Source: Candidatus Jorgensenbacteria bacterium
Lineage (GTDB): Bacteria > Patescibacteriota > Minisyncoccia > UBA6257 > GWB1-50-10
Direction of reading: 5' to 3'
Assembly (NCBI GenBank): GCA_037444725.1
Contig: JBBILW010000002.1
Location: 1-53,118 of the forward strand
Length of the DNA stretch: 53,118 nucleotides
How positions within the stretch are numbered: position 1 is the stretch's first letter; every line of letters starts with the position of its first letter. This document shows positions 17,785 through 25,565 of the stretch, piece after piece. The notes beneath the pieces are model-generated. The model made no database searches. It was not told where the DNA came from and was given only the letters and a program-made list of their open reading frames with translations. The position numbers were made by a program, and so were the translations under genes.

Positions 17785-18390
17785 CTATATTTTTCCGACC
17801 AAATCAACTCCGGGCGTGAGCGTCTCAGCTCCCGGTTCCCAGCTTGCGGGACACACCTGTCCGGCGTGTGTCGCCACATACTGCGCCGCCTGAAGCTTGC
17901 GGAGCGTTTCCTTCGCGGAACGGCCGATGCTATTGTCGTGGATTTCCACGGACTTGATGATACCTTCAGGGTTCACGATGAACGTACCACGCAACGAAAG
18001 TCCCTCCTCTTCGATATACACGCCGAGCATGCGGGAAAGTTTTCCGTTATGATCCGCCGCCATCGGGTACTGCACCTTCTTGATTGCGGGCGAGCTGTCA
18101 TGCCAGGCCTTGTGCGTAAACGCGGTGTCGGTGCTCACGCTCACGACTTCAACATTCAGTTTCTGAAACTCCTTATAATGCGCCGCCAATTCCTCGAGTT
18201 CCGTAGGACACACGAAGGTGAAATCCGCGGGGTAGAAGAACAACACGACCCACTTCCCAAGCAGCGACGAGAGATTCAGCTTACTGAGCTCGTCTTTATG
18301 GAACACGTCCAACTCAATCTCCGGCAACGTACGCCCGACTATCGGGCACGAACACCCACTCATAAAACAATTCGCTTCTTTGTTGTGCAT
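17785..18390 (-). CDS. Peroxiredoxin (typical 2-Cys, AhpC/Prx1-like)
   Basis: FYPADFTFVCPTELEE peroxidatic-Cys motif and a resolving-Cys region VCPASW. An alternative ATG lies 27 nt downstream. Confidence 0.85.
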   Translation of the reverse strand: MHNKEANCFMSGCSCPIVGRTLPEIELDVFHKDELSKLNLSSLLGKWVVLFFYPADFTFVCPTELEELAAHYKEFQKLNVEVVSVSTDTAFTHKAWHDSSPAIKKVQYPMAADHNGKLSRMLGVYIEEEGLSLRGTFIVNPEGIIKSVEIHDNSIGRSAKETLRKLQAAQYVATHAGQVCPASWEPGAETLTPGVDLVGKI

Positions 18391-18464
18391 AAAATATAGA
18401 TTATTGGTTTATTATCTGACGCTATCAGTATAGTAAATTGCAGAGAACGCGCAACAAATAAAAA

Positions 18465-18490
18465 GTGCCCGTCGATACAATGACGGGCAC
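18465..18490 (-). terminator. Rho-independent terminator
   Basis: GTGCCCGTC-gatacaat-GACGGGCAC. On the minus strand it is followed by TTTTTATTT. Confidence 0.75.
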
Positions 18491-18516
18491 TCATGACCGG
18501 AACCCGGCCTGATGCA

Positions 18517-19056
18517 CTACAGCGTGCGGACGAACCGCTCGGCCGCGCGGTAGCACTCGGCCATCTTCCCCTTCGGCAGGACCTTCCCTGCGGTGAGCAG
18601 CGCGTGCGACTCGACGCAGGTCATGATCCGCAGGTTCTCCTCGTGGAGGGCCAGCCGGGTGTTGAAGTACCGCTCGTCCGTGAGAAGCGCGGCCTTGTGC
18701 AGCTCGATGCGCTCCTTGAGAACGGCGATCCCGGTCTCGCGCTGCGCGAGCGCGATGCGCTGCTTCGCGCAGGTGACCTCGCGCGGGAAGATGACGCGAC
18801 ATGAAGCGGTGTACGTCTCGTTCGCCTTCTCGTACTGCTTCTCGAGCTTGTAGAGCTCGATGTACCGCGCGGCGAGAGCCGTACGCTGCGCGGCGAGCTT
18901 CGGCGCCTGCTCCTTGAGGAGCCGCGCGAGCTTCGCGTCGCTCTTCTGCGTCACGGCGTACTCCTTCTTGAGCTCCGCATCGATGCTCGGCGCGGCGTTC
19001 GCGACGAACGGAACGGCGAGCGTGATGGCGACGAACATCGAGATGATGGTCTTCAT
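18517..19056 (-). CDS. Secreted GC-rich hypothetical protein
   Basis: ATG at 19054-19056 is preceded by AAGGGAG. The signal peptide is MKTIISMFVAITLAVPFVANA. Hand count of 18541-18600 gives 42/60 G+C. Confidence 0.55.
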   Translation of the reverse strand: MKTIISMFVAITLAVPFVANAAPSIDAELKKEYAVTQKSDAKLARLLKEQAPKLAAQRTALAARYIELYKLEKQYEKANETYTASCRVIFPREVTCAKQRIALAQRETGIAVLKERIELHKAALLTDERYFNTRLALHEENLRIMTCVESHALLTAGKVLPKGKMAECYRAAERFVRTL

Positions 19057-19195
19057 GGTGCTTCTCCCTTCGTGGGTTGGGGTGGTTTTCCAGCTTGTAA
19101 AAGAACAATATAAATGTACCACACTATTATATAAAAGTCAATAGACAGCACATACGCATTCCCCCGCTCTGCATATGTAAAAAAGCAAATAAAAA

Positions 19196-19217
19196 CCCCA
19201 GACATTCATGCCTGGGG
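19196..19217 (-). terminator. Rho-independent terminator
   Basis: CCCCAG-loop-CTGGGG. On the minus strand it is followed by TTTTTATTT. Confidence 0.7.
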
Positions 19218-19225
19218 TTACACAA

Positions 19226-19792
19226 TCAAATATTCGGCCATTCCGGAATGCGCTCCTTCCCTTTGAGCAGCACGCCGCAACGCTCGCGCGCAAGCCATGG
19301 CGGCGGATTGCCGAGCTCGATAACGCAGAGCTGAATCTCCACCGTTATTACATTTAAACGGCGGACGAGAGGGTCGATCGCCTCATTCATCGCCTCAATG
19401 CGGATGATGTTATTGCGATGCTCCGCAAATGCGGTGACAAAGTTTTTGTTTGCATCATCGACCGCAACGCTCAACGCCGCAACTTCATCAACAGCGCCGG
19501 AAAACCGCGAGAAATAGTCCGAATCGGCATCGTCGTGCGATTCGCTCGCCGCTTCCAGAGCCTCTCGCTTCTCTTCGAGTTTCTCGCTCAATGCTTCTCG
19601 CTCACGGGAGAGAGCGTTCAAGCGCTCCATGCATGCGTCGTCCTTCCTGAGCAATGTCCACTTCTTTTCGAGAAGCGGCCGAAGCTCGCTCAATATCTCC
19701 TTCTGTTCATCAATGCGCGCCTCCGCCTTCGGATCAAGCTCCGCGCGCGCGGCAAAAGGAAGCAATACAAGAATCAGGAGTAAGCGAATCAT
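19226..19792 (-). CDS. Secreted coiled-coil hypothetical protein
   Basis: Signal peptide MIRLLLILVLLPFAARA, then a heptad-like E/K/L-rich region. There is an ATGA overlap with the upstream gene. Confidence 0.5.
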   Translation of the reverse strand: MIRLLLILVLLPFAARAELDPKAEARIDEQKEILSELRPLLEKKWTLLRKDDACMERLNALSREREALSEKLEEKREALEAASESHDDADSDYFSRFSGAVDEVAALSVAVDDANKNFVTAFAEHRNNIIRIEAMNEAIDPLVRRLNVITVEIQLCVIELGNPPPWLARERCGVLLKGKERIPEWPNI

Positions 19793-20160
19793 AGCTCAAC
19801 ACCCTTTCCCCGTTTGGACTTTTTCTGCTTCTCCGCCCACGGCGTGACATGCTTCTCATAGCACGCATCAACCATAATCTCCATCCGCTTCAGCGTCTTT
19901 TCGTCCAGAGTCTCAGGGATGCCCTTGGGGAAGGCCTCCTTCGATTTTGAAACGAAGCAACGACAGTATGCCCTCAGGTTTTGCAGCGGAAGGCCCGGCT
20001 CGACTTCGCCGATTCTCGCCTCGCAAAGCGTAAGGGCTGCGTCGAAAACCTCCTTCGTCCAGGGCGAATCCGCGGAAACGGGTGGAGCCTTTGCAGGCGG
20101 CTTCTCCCCGCGTACCGTCATCGGAATGAGAACCGCGAGAATCGCAAGAACGTATCGCAT
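19789..20160 (-). CDS. Secreted hypothetical protein
   Basis: ATG at 20158-20160 is preceded by AAGGAGAGG. Signal peptide MRYVLAILAVLIPMTVRG. The mature part contains 4 Cys. Confidence 0.5.
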   Translation of the reverse strand: MRYVLAILAVLIPMTVRGEKPPAKAPPVSADSPWTKEVFDAALTLCEARIGEVEPGLPLQNLRAYCRCFVSKSKEAFPKGIPETLDEKTLKRMEIMVDACYEKHVTPWAEKQKKSKRGKGVEL

Positions 20161-20263
20161 ACGCACCTCTCCTTTTGCTGTCGTGTGAGTGCGGCTGTTT
20201 TGTTAATGTACGTCACTTTCAGTAATAGCACTCCCTCTATCCACTGTCTAACCGCTTGACTGG

Positions 20264-20277
20264 TGAACATTCGTTCA
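20264..20277 (+). promoter_or_regulatory. Candidate LexA (SOS) box overlapping the lexA promoter
   Basis: TGAACATTCGTTCA is a perfect palindrome of the GAAC-N4-GTTC (Cheo-box) type. It lies between TTGACT (20256-20261) and TATCGT (20279-20284, 17-nt spacer). Confidence 0.65.
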
Positions 20278-20291
20278 CTATCGTTATAGCA

Positions 20292-20861
20292 ATGAAACGC
20301 AACGAGCACGTGGAAAAAATTATCGGGTTTTATCACGCACGGAAACGTATGCCGAGCTACCGCGAGATTATGCGGCTCACGGGATTTAAATCAACAAACG
20401 CGGTCTACAAATTCGTGGAAAAACTGGTTGCGGCGAACCTCGTAAAAAAGGATGGTCAGTCGCGCCTTATTCCCACGGGACTCATGAATGAAACGCCAGT
20501 GCTCGGCCGCGTCGAGGCGGGCTTCCCCTCCCCCGCGGAAGAAGAGCTCGTCGACACGATGAGCATCGACGAATATCTCATCGAAAACCGCGAAGCGACG
20601 TATCTCTTAAAAGTGAGCGGCGACTCGATGATTGGCGCAGGCATCATGGCGGGCGACCTCGTGCTCGTGGAGCGCAAGGGCGACGCGCGCGACGGCGAAA
20701 TCGTCATCGCGGAAGTCGACCACAAGTGGACTATGAAGTACCTTAGAAAGAAAAGCGGAAGGATATTTCTCGAAGCAGCAAACGAAAAATACAAACCCAT
20801 AATCCCGAAAGAAGAATTAAAGATTGCCGCAGTCGTAAAAGCTGTCATCCGTAAATACTAA
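20292..20861 (+). CDS. lexA: LexA repressor (S24 peptidase)
   Basis: N-terminal wHTH (SYREIMRLTGFKSTNAVYKFVEKL), cleavage region VEAGFPSP, catalytic Ser in SGDSM and catalytic Lys in WTMKYL. 20292 is the first ATG. Confidence 0.85.
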   Translation: MKRNEHVEKIIGFYHARKRMPSYREIMRLTGFKSTNAVYKFVEKLVAANLVKKDGQSRLIPTGLMNETPVLGRVEAGFPSPAEEELVDTMSIDEYLIENREATYLLKVSGDSMIGAGIMAGDLVLVERKGDARDGEIVIAEVDHKWTMKYLRKKSGRIFLEAANEKYKPIIPKEELKIAAVVKAVIRKY

Positions 20862-20868
20862 AAGACGT

Positions 20869-22188
20869 ATGTCGTACGACGCCGCGCTCTCGATAGGCTC
20901 CTTCCCCCGCGCCATCCTCCACATCGACGGCGATGCGTTTTTTGCGTCCTGCGAACAATCGCGCAACCCCGCCCTCCGCGGCAAGCCCGTCGTGACCGGC
21001 AAAGAACGCGGCATCGCCTCTTCGATGAGTTATGAGGCAAAAGCATGCGGCGTCACGCGCGCTATGCCGCTCCACGAAATCAGGAAGCGCTGCCCGAACG
21101 TCGTCATCCTCCCTTCGGATTATGAAACCTACAGCCTCCTCTCGAAGCGCCTCTACGCGATTGTCCGCCGCTATACGCCCGACGTCGAGGAGTATGGCAT
21201 CGATGAGTGCTTTGCGGATATTACCGGCCTCCGCCGCCCGCTCCACATGTCATACGAACAAATTGCGGAACGCATAAAACGCGAGCTCGATACGGAGCTC
21301 GGCTTTACGTTTTCGATAGGCTTGGCGCCCAACAAAGTCGTCGCGAAAGTGGCTTCAAAGTGGAAGAAACCTTCTGGGCTTACCGTTATCCCCGCTCGTG
21401 AAATCCATACGTTTCTTGAGAATCTCCCGGCGGAAAAAATCTGGGGCATCGGGCGGCACACGAGTAATTATCTTGAAAAACTCGGCATAACAACCGCGCT
21501 GCAATTTGCACGTATGCGTGAATCGGAAGTTCGTGCGCGATTTTCAAAGCCGTTTTATGAAATATGGCAGGAATTAAACGGCAGATTCATCCTTCCGCTC
21601 ACCCTCGAAGAAAAAACGAGCCAGGCATCAATCCAGAAAATGCGGACGTTTACTCCGCCCTCGAACGATAAAAAATTCGTGTTCGCGCAGCTCTCAAAAA
21701 ATATAGAGAACGCGTGCATCAAAGCACGCCGCTACAAGCTTGCCGCACGGCGCATTACCATACTGCTCCGCACAAGTACGTTTCACGATACGGCCGCCGA
21801 ACTTTCTCTCTCTCATGGCAGCGCTTTCCCCGATGAAATAGTGACCGCGTGCGAATCACCATTCAATTCGCTCTTCAACCCGCGCGTCACGTATCGCGCG
21901 ACGGCTGTTATTTTGACGAAGTTCGAGCCCGTGCTTTCTCAGCAGCCTGACCTCTTCGGCGAATCCGTGCGCGTAGAGCGCCTCGTAAAACTTTACGATG
22001 CGGTGGATGCCATTGCCGCGCGATACGGAAAACATACCGCATTCCTCGGCTCAAGTTTTGCGGCGCATGCGTACGCGCAGCACAAAGGTGACCGCGGCGA
22101 CGCGCCCGAACGGAAACACATGGGTATAAAAGGCGAAACAAAACGCCAGCGCCTCAATATTCCGATGTTCATCGGAGACGTTTCATAA
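20869..22188 (+). CDS. dinB: Y-family DNA polymerase IV
   Basis: ILHIDGDAFFASCEQ (catalytic Asp motif), YGIDECFADIT, and SIGLAPNKVVAKVAS. It starts 7 nt after the lexA stop. Confidence 0.85.
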   Translation: MSYDAALSIGSFPRAILHIDGDAFFASCEQSRNPALRGKPVVTGKERGIASSMSYEAKACGVTRAMPLHEIRKRCPNVVILPSDYETYSLLSKRLYAIVRRYTPDVEEYGIDECFADITGLRRPLHMSYEQIAERIKRELDTELGFTFSIGLAPNKVVAKVASKWKKPSGLTVIPAREIHTFLENLPAEKIWGIGRHTSNYLEKLGITTALQFARMRESEVRARFSKPFYEIWQELNGRFILPLTLEEKTSQASIQKMRTFTPPSNDKKFVFAQLSKNIENACIKARRYKLAARRITILLRTSTFHDTAAELSLSHGSAFPDEIVTACESPFNSLFNPRVTYRATAVILTKFEPVLSQQPDLFGESVRVERLVKLYDAVDAIAARYGKHTAFLGSSFAAHAYAQHKGDRGDAPERKHMGIKGETKRQRLNIPMFIGDVS

Positions 22189-22194
22189 CAAAGA

Positions 22195-22214
22195 CCCCAA
22201 CAATTTCGTTGGGG
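22195..22214. terminator. Hairpin between convergent dinB and the acidic-repeat gene
   Basis: CCCCAAC-aatttc-GTTGGGG. The T-runs on both sides are weak. Confidence 0.5.
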
Positions 22215-22227
22215 TTAAACTTATCGG

Positions 22228-22578
22228 TCACGTACGCGCAGACTCCGGCGTGCGTTCGATGTAGTAGATGATGGCGACGATGAGGTCCTCGCCGTCACCA
22301 TCATCGGTGAAGTGATGAATCATTTTCCAGACGGTGACATGAGGATGCTCCGCGAACCATCTGGTCATGTTCCTTGCGAAATCGCCAACCTCCTCGTGCG
22401 GCTCCTCCTCGTGCGTCACCTCCTCGTGCGTCACCTCCTCGTGCGTCACCTCCACGAGGTCGATTACCTCCTCAGCCGTCGCATCGGCCGCGCCTCCGCC
22501 CGGAGGAACGTCTCCGGGCTTCTTTTCCGGAAACACAGGCATCGCTCCGATGTACCCTTCAATGATCGCACACTTCAT
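22228..22578 (-). CDS. Acidic GC-rich hypothetical protein with VTHEE repeats
   Basis: GGAGG precedes the ATG. The protein contains EVTHEEVTHEEVTHEEEPHEE. Confidence 0.5.
   Translation of the reverse strand: MKCAIIEGYIGAMPVFPEKKPGDVPPGGGAADATAEEVIDLVEVTHEEVTHEEVTHEEEPHEEVGDFARNMTRWFAEHPHVTVWKMIHHFTDDGDGEDLIVAIIYYIERTPESART
22391..22453. repeat. Tandem 15-bp coding repeat
   Basis: TCCTCGTGCGTCACC occurs as three perfect copies (22406-22450). A degenerate copy precedes them and a partial copy follows. Confidence 0.9.
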
Positions 22579-22767
22579 ATATCCTCCATTTCTCCCTGTT
22601 AGGTGTGAATGAAACTATGAAGACAATGCGACATAACGAAAACAATGTCAACTATTTCGAAGGTAAGAAAATATCCAAAAAATCGTCTTATGCGTGAGGG
22701 CAAATCATGCGAAAAGGTCGAATGTGCCGCGCCCTCATTGCGCAACATTAACTAAGAATATAACCAC

Positions 22768-23679
22768 ATGAACAACAAAACATACCGATCACTATTCGTG
22801 ATACTTACGATTATCGCGCTTGCCTCGTCGAGCGCGGGTATCGTACAGGCAGACAACGAAGGGAGAGGAAACGGAGCAGCGAAAAAGCTGACTCAGCAGG
22901 TTAGGAAAATTGCGGAGCTCGATAGAGAGCTCAACAAAGAGTTGAGGGAATCAGAAAAAGAAAACCGCTCTTCGATTCCCGTATACTCGCCCGCATCGGT
23001 GGCCATCAATCCGAACGGCGAAACGAAATTGAACAGCGCGGAAGTGGTGACCGCACCGGGCACCGCGTCATCGACGATGCTCACCGCACGCGTATGGGGA
23101 ATCACCTTCACGCTCGCACTTGATGGCGGAAGTAAGCTCAAAGCCCGCGGCGGCGCAATCAGCGCGTCGCAGATTCAAGTCGGCGACAAATTGAATGTCT
23201 CTGGAATCGCGAACGCGGCAGTTCCCCTTACTATCCAAGTCAGACAGCTCGACGACATGACATTGAATGTCGCAAACACTGGCGCAAATAATGACGAACT
23301 TACGCGTCTCCGCGCACAGATTCAGGCACTCATGGACAAGTTGAACGCACTCCTTGCGCGCGCAGGAGGAAATGCCACAACCACTCCGAATCCGGTAGTA
23401 GTTCCCGTAATCATCCCGACGCTCGCATCAATCAGCCCTGCGACGACTACGGCAAGCTCAACCGCGTTCACTCTTACGGTAACCGGCACGAACTTCGCGT
23501 CGACAAGCGTAATCAACTGGGGTAACACGGCGCTTGCGAGCCTCTTCGTATCGGGAACTCAACTGACCGCAACAGTCCCCGCAGCGAATATCGCAGTTGC
23601 AGGAAGCACCGTCATCACGGTAACAACGCCGGGAATCGGCGGAGGAACCTCGAACGGAATAGCATTCAGCGCTCAATAG
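22768..23679 (+). CDS. Secreted protein with a C-terminal IPT/TIG-like Ig domain
   Basis: Signal peptide LFVILTIIALASSSAGIVQA. The C-terminus SISPATTTASSTAFTLTVTGTNFASTSVINWGNTAL...LTATVPAANIAVAG resembles IPT/TIG. Confidence 0.5.
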   Translation: MNNKTYRSLFVILTIIALASSSAGIVQADNEGRGNGAAKKLTQQVRKIAELDRELNKELRESEKENRSSIPVYSPASVAINPNGETKLNSAEVVTAPGTASSTMLTARVWGITFTLALDGGSKLKARGGAISASQIQVGDKLNVSGIANAAVPLTIQVRQLDDMTLNVANTGANNDELTRLRAQIQALMDKLNALLARAGGNATTTPNPVVVPVIIPTLASISPATTTASSTAFTLTVTGTNFASTSVINWGNTALASLFVSGTQLTATVPAANIAVAGSTVITVTTPGIGGGTSNGIAFSAQ

Positions 23680-23696
23680 ACACAAGAGCAAATACA

Positions 23697-23723
23697 AAAA
23701 ACCGCGCTAAGCGCGGTTTTTTG
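23697..23723. terminator. Bidirectional rho-independent terminator
   Basis: AAAAAACCGCGC-taa-GCGCGGTTTTTT between convergent genes. Confidence 0.8.
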
Positions 23724-23738
23724 TTGAGCTAAATTGCG

Positions 23739-24965
23739 TTAGTCATCTTCACCGTCATGCTCGTCCTCATGATGACTCTGTGAGGATGCGTGCTCTGAAG
23801 CGCGTTCCGACTCGTGATGAGTCTCCTGCTTTTCTATCTTCTGTTCGTGATGGTCTTCCCTGTCGGCCTGCTTGTCCCATCCATTATGGTTGCCATTGTT
23901 GGATGAACCGCCGTTGCCGTTTCCATTACCATTTCCGTTGTTGCCATTTCCATTACCATTGTTGCCGTTACCATTTCCGTTATTGCCGTTTCCATTGCCC
24001 CCGCCGGTATATACCTTTCCGGTAACTTTGATGGTTACAACCTGAGAAACGCCAACGTTTCCTGCCGCATCGTATGCCTTCGTCTGAAGCTTGTAGGTTC
24101 CCGTGTACGCCTGGGTAAGATCCCACGCGAACGAATACGGCGCAACCGTAGATGACGCGGAGAGCGTGCCGTTAATCCAAAGCTCAACCTTCGTCACGCC
24201 GACATTGTCGGACGCTGAAGAAGTAATGATGAGCTGGCCGGTCGGCATCGAGTTGTCTGCGGGTGAAGTAAGCGAAATGACGGGCAAGGTCGTATCAGTC
24301 GTGGTCGTGCTCGTAGCAGTCGACGTTGCGGTGGTTGAAGTCGCAGTAGTCGACGTCGCCGTGCTCGTCGCCGAACCGTTTGAGACCGTTACCGTAAACA
24401 CGGTTGACGTGCCCATGTTATTCGCCAAATCGTATGACTTTGCCTGAATGGTGTGCGAACCGTTCGTCGCGGTCGTGGTATCCCACGCATATGCATACGG
24501 AGACGATGTCGCAGAGCCCTTCAATGCGCCGTCAACATAAAATTCTACTTTCGCTACGCCCATAAGGTACGGGTCCATTCGGGGAGAAAGGCTAAGCCCA
24601 TGTCCCTGGAAATAGAGCGCATCATTGTTCGCGCCGCACACGAAACCTCCCGATGATACGAGCGAAATGGGATGCCCTCCCTGAGCCGGCGTCGGTGTGA
24701 GCGGTCCCACGTCAAAACTCTGTCCATAAATGCGGATAGGGCACGACGGATTATAACGCGTGTCCGTTGAACTCGCGGTTATCGAAACCGTTCCCGAAAC
24801 TGTCGAACCGTTCGCGGGCGCATTAAGCTGCACGGTCGGCGGAATTACGTCCGGTCCGGTTACCGCAGCAACTGCCGATGAGGGCAGCATGGGAGCGATA
24901 AGGGTGAACGCGAGTGCGCCTACCATAATAGATTTCAAACGTTTGGATTTTGTAATTGTATTCAT
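23739..24965 (-). CDS. Secreted protein with bacterial Ig-like domains, a (T/S/A) linker, an Asn-Gly repeat and a His/Glu/Asp-rich tail
   Basis: Signal/anchor MVGALAFTLIAPMLPSSAVA. Two homologous modules: VAKVEFYVDGALKGS...YAWDT...HTIQAKSYDLANN and VTKVELWINGTLSAS...FAWDL...YKLQTKAYDAAGN. Then ATSTATSTTATSTT, GNGNGNNGNGNGNN and HHEQKIEKQETHHESERASEHASSQSHHEDEHDGEDD. Confidence 0.6.
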   Translation of the reverse strand: MNTITKSKRLKSIMVGALAFTLIAPMLPSSAVAAVTGPDVIPPTVQLNAPANGSTVSGTVSITASSTDTRYNPSCPIRIYGQSFDVGPLTPTPAQGGHPISLVSSGGFVCGANNDALYFQGHGLSLSPRMDPYLMGVAKVEFYVDGALKGSATSSPYAYAWDTTTATNGSHTIQAKSYDLANNMGTSTVFTVTVSNGSATSTATSTTATSTTATSTATSTTTTDTTLPVISLTSPADNSMPTGQLIITSSASDNVGVTKVELWINGTLSASSTVAPYSFAWDLTQAYTGTYKLQTKAYDAAGNVGVSQVVTIKVTGKVYTGGGNGNGNNGNGNGNNGNGNGNNGNGNGNGNGGSSNNGNHNGWDKQADREDHHEQKIEKQETHHESERASEHASSQSHHEDEHDGEDD

Positions 24966-25098
24966 TGTGTTTTGTAAGATTTTGCCGGGGTAACAGGGAA
25001 AATGTACTCGACCTTTCGTATAAATAAAGCGCTCCCTGTTACCGCCTGGTACTAATATGACGGGCGCAACGGCAAATGCTTACACGTGCCAGATAATC

Positions 25099-25127
25099 AA
25101 AAAACCCGCACAGTATGCGGGTTTTTT
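25099..25127 (-). terminator. Rho-independent terminator ending the copper operon
   Basis: AAAAAACCCGCA-cagta-TGCGGGTTTTTT. Confidence 0.8.
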
Positions 25128-25137
25128 GCCAGTTTTT

Positions 25138-25560
25138 TTAGTTAAATGCGATGGTTAAGCGATACATTCCCATGCCGCACATTGCCTGCAACTCGCTCCC
25201 CTGTTTTTGTACGGGAATGGCAAACTCGGTCACGCCCGTGGGAGGAAGCATTTGTCTCACGCTAAGCGCGGGAATCACGAACGATGCCGAGCAGTCGAAT
25301 GTGCTGCGCGTACGCATACGGAGCACGGTTGCAACGCCCGCCTTCGCTACAATCTCATTCGGGTAATACCCGCCCTTCGCATCAACTTCAATAACCTGCG
25401 TGCCTGCTTCCATGTGGACGGCATCGTCACTTCCTCGCGTTACGGGAGCTGCTCCCGTGCGTGCATTACTGCCGGCACTGCGCGTCACAATAAGCGTGCC
25501 GCCGATGATGCCGACCGCAAGAATAATAGAAGAAACAATAAGTGTAGTTCGATTGTTCAT
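25138..25560 (-). CDS. Membrane-anchored cupredoxin-like domain protein
   Basis: Trimmed to ATG at 25558-25560 (MNNRTTLIVSSIILAVGIIGG). The pattern TVLRMRT..FDCSASFVIP...LQAMCGMGMYRLTIAF matches the cupredoxin_1-type C...C-G-M-x-M ending seen in copper operons. Confidence 0.6.
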   Translation of the reverse strand: MNNRTTLIVSSIILAVGIIGGTLIVTRSAGSNARTGAAPVTRGSDDAVHMEAGTQVIEVDAKGGYYPNEIVAKAGVATVLRMRTRSTFDCSASFVIPALSVRQMLPPTGVTEFAIPVQKQGSELQAMCGMGMYRLTIAFN

Positions 25561-25565
25561 ATTGG

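Noticed and set aside
18491-19108. A 205-aa minus-strand ORF rich in Arg, His and Ala, overlapping 18517-19056 in another frame.
   Set aside because: High-GC regions keep many frames open. The frame I chose has an SD, a canonical signal peptide and a balanced composition, and this one does not.
19789-19792. Possible alternative genetic code with UGA recoded, as in some candidate phyla.
   Set aside because: TGA acts as a stop at tightly coupled junctions (ATGA at 19789-19792, TGA at 29699-29701). Well-known proteins are full length under the standard code.
20845-21246. Minus-strand ORFs (133, 65 and 62 aa) overlapping the start of dinB.
   Set aside because: They are antisense to a well-supported Y-family polymerase gene, have no motifs, and have an Arg-rich artefact composition.
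22391-22453. Possible CRISPR-like repeats (also considered for 51403-51587).
   Set aside because: The 15-bp units are contiguous with no spacers and lie in frame within a coding sequence. The units of about 82 bp are only two or three copies and are tRNA-derived. No cas genes are present.
24989-25043. An 11-bp inverted repeat, GGTAACAGGGA / TCCCTGTTACC, in the leader region of the Ig-like protein gene.
   Set aside because: It is a real inverted repeat, but I see no T-run, no recognisable regulator motif and no second copy. That is too little to call it a regulatory element.
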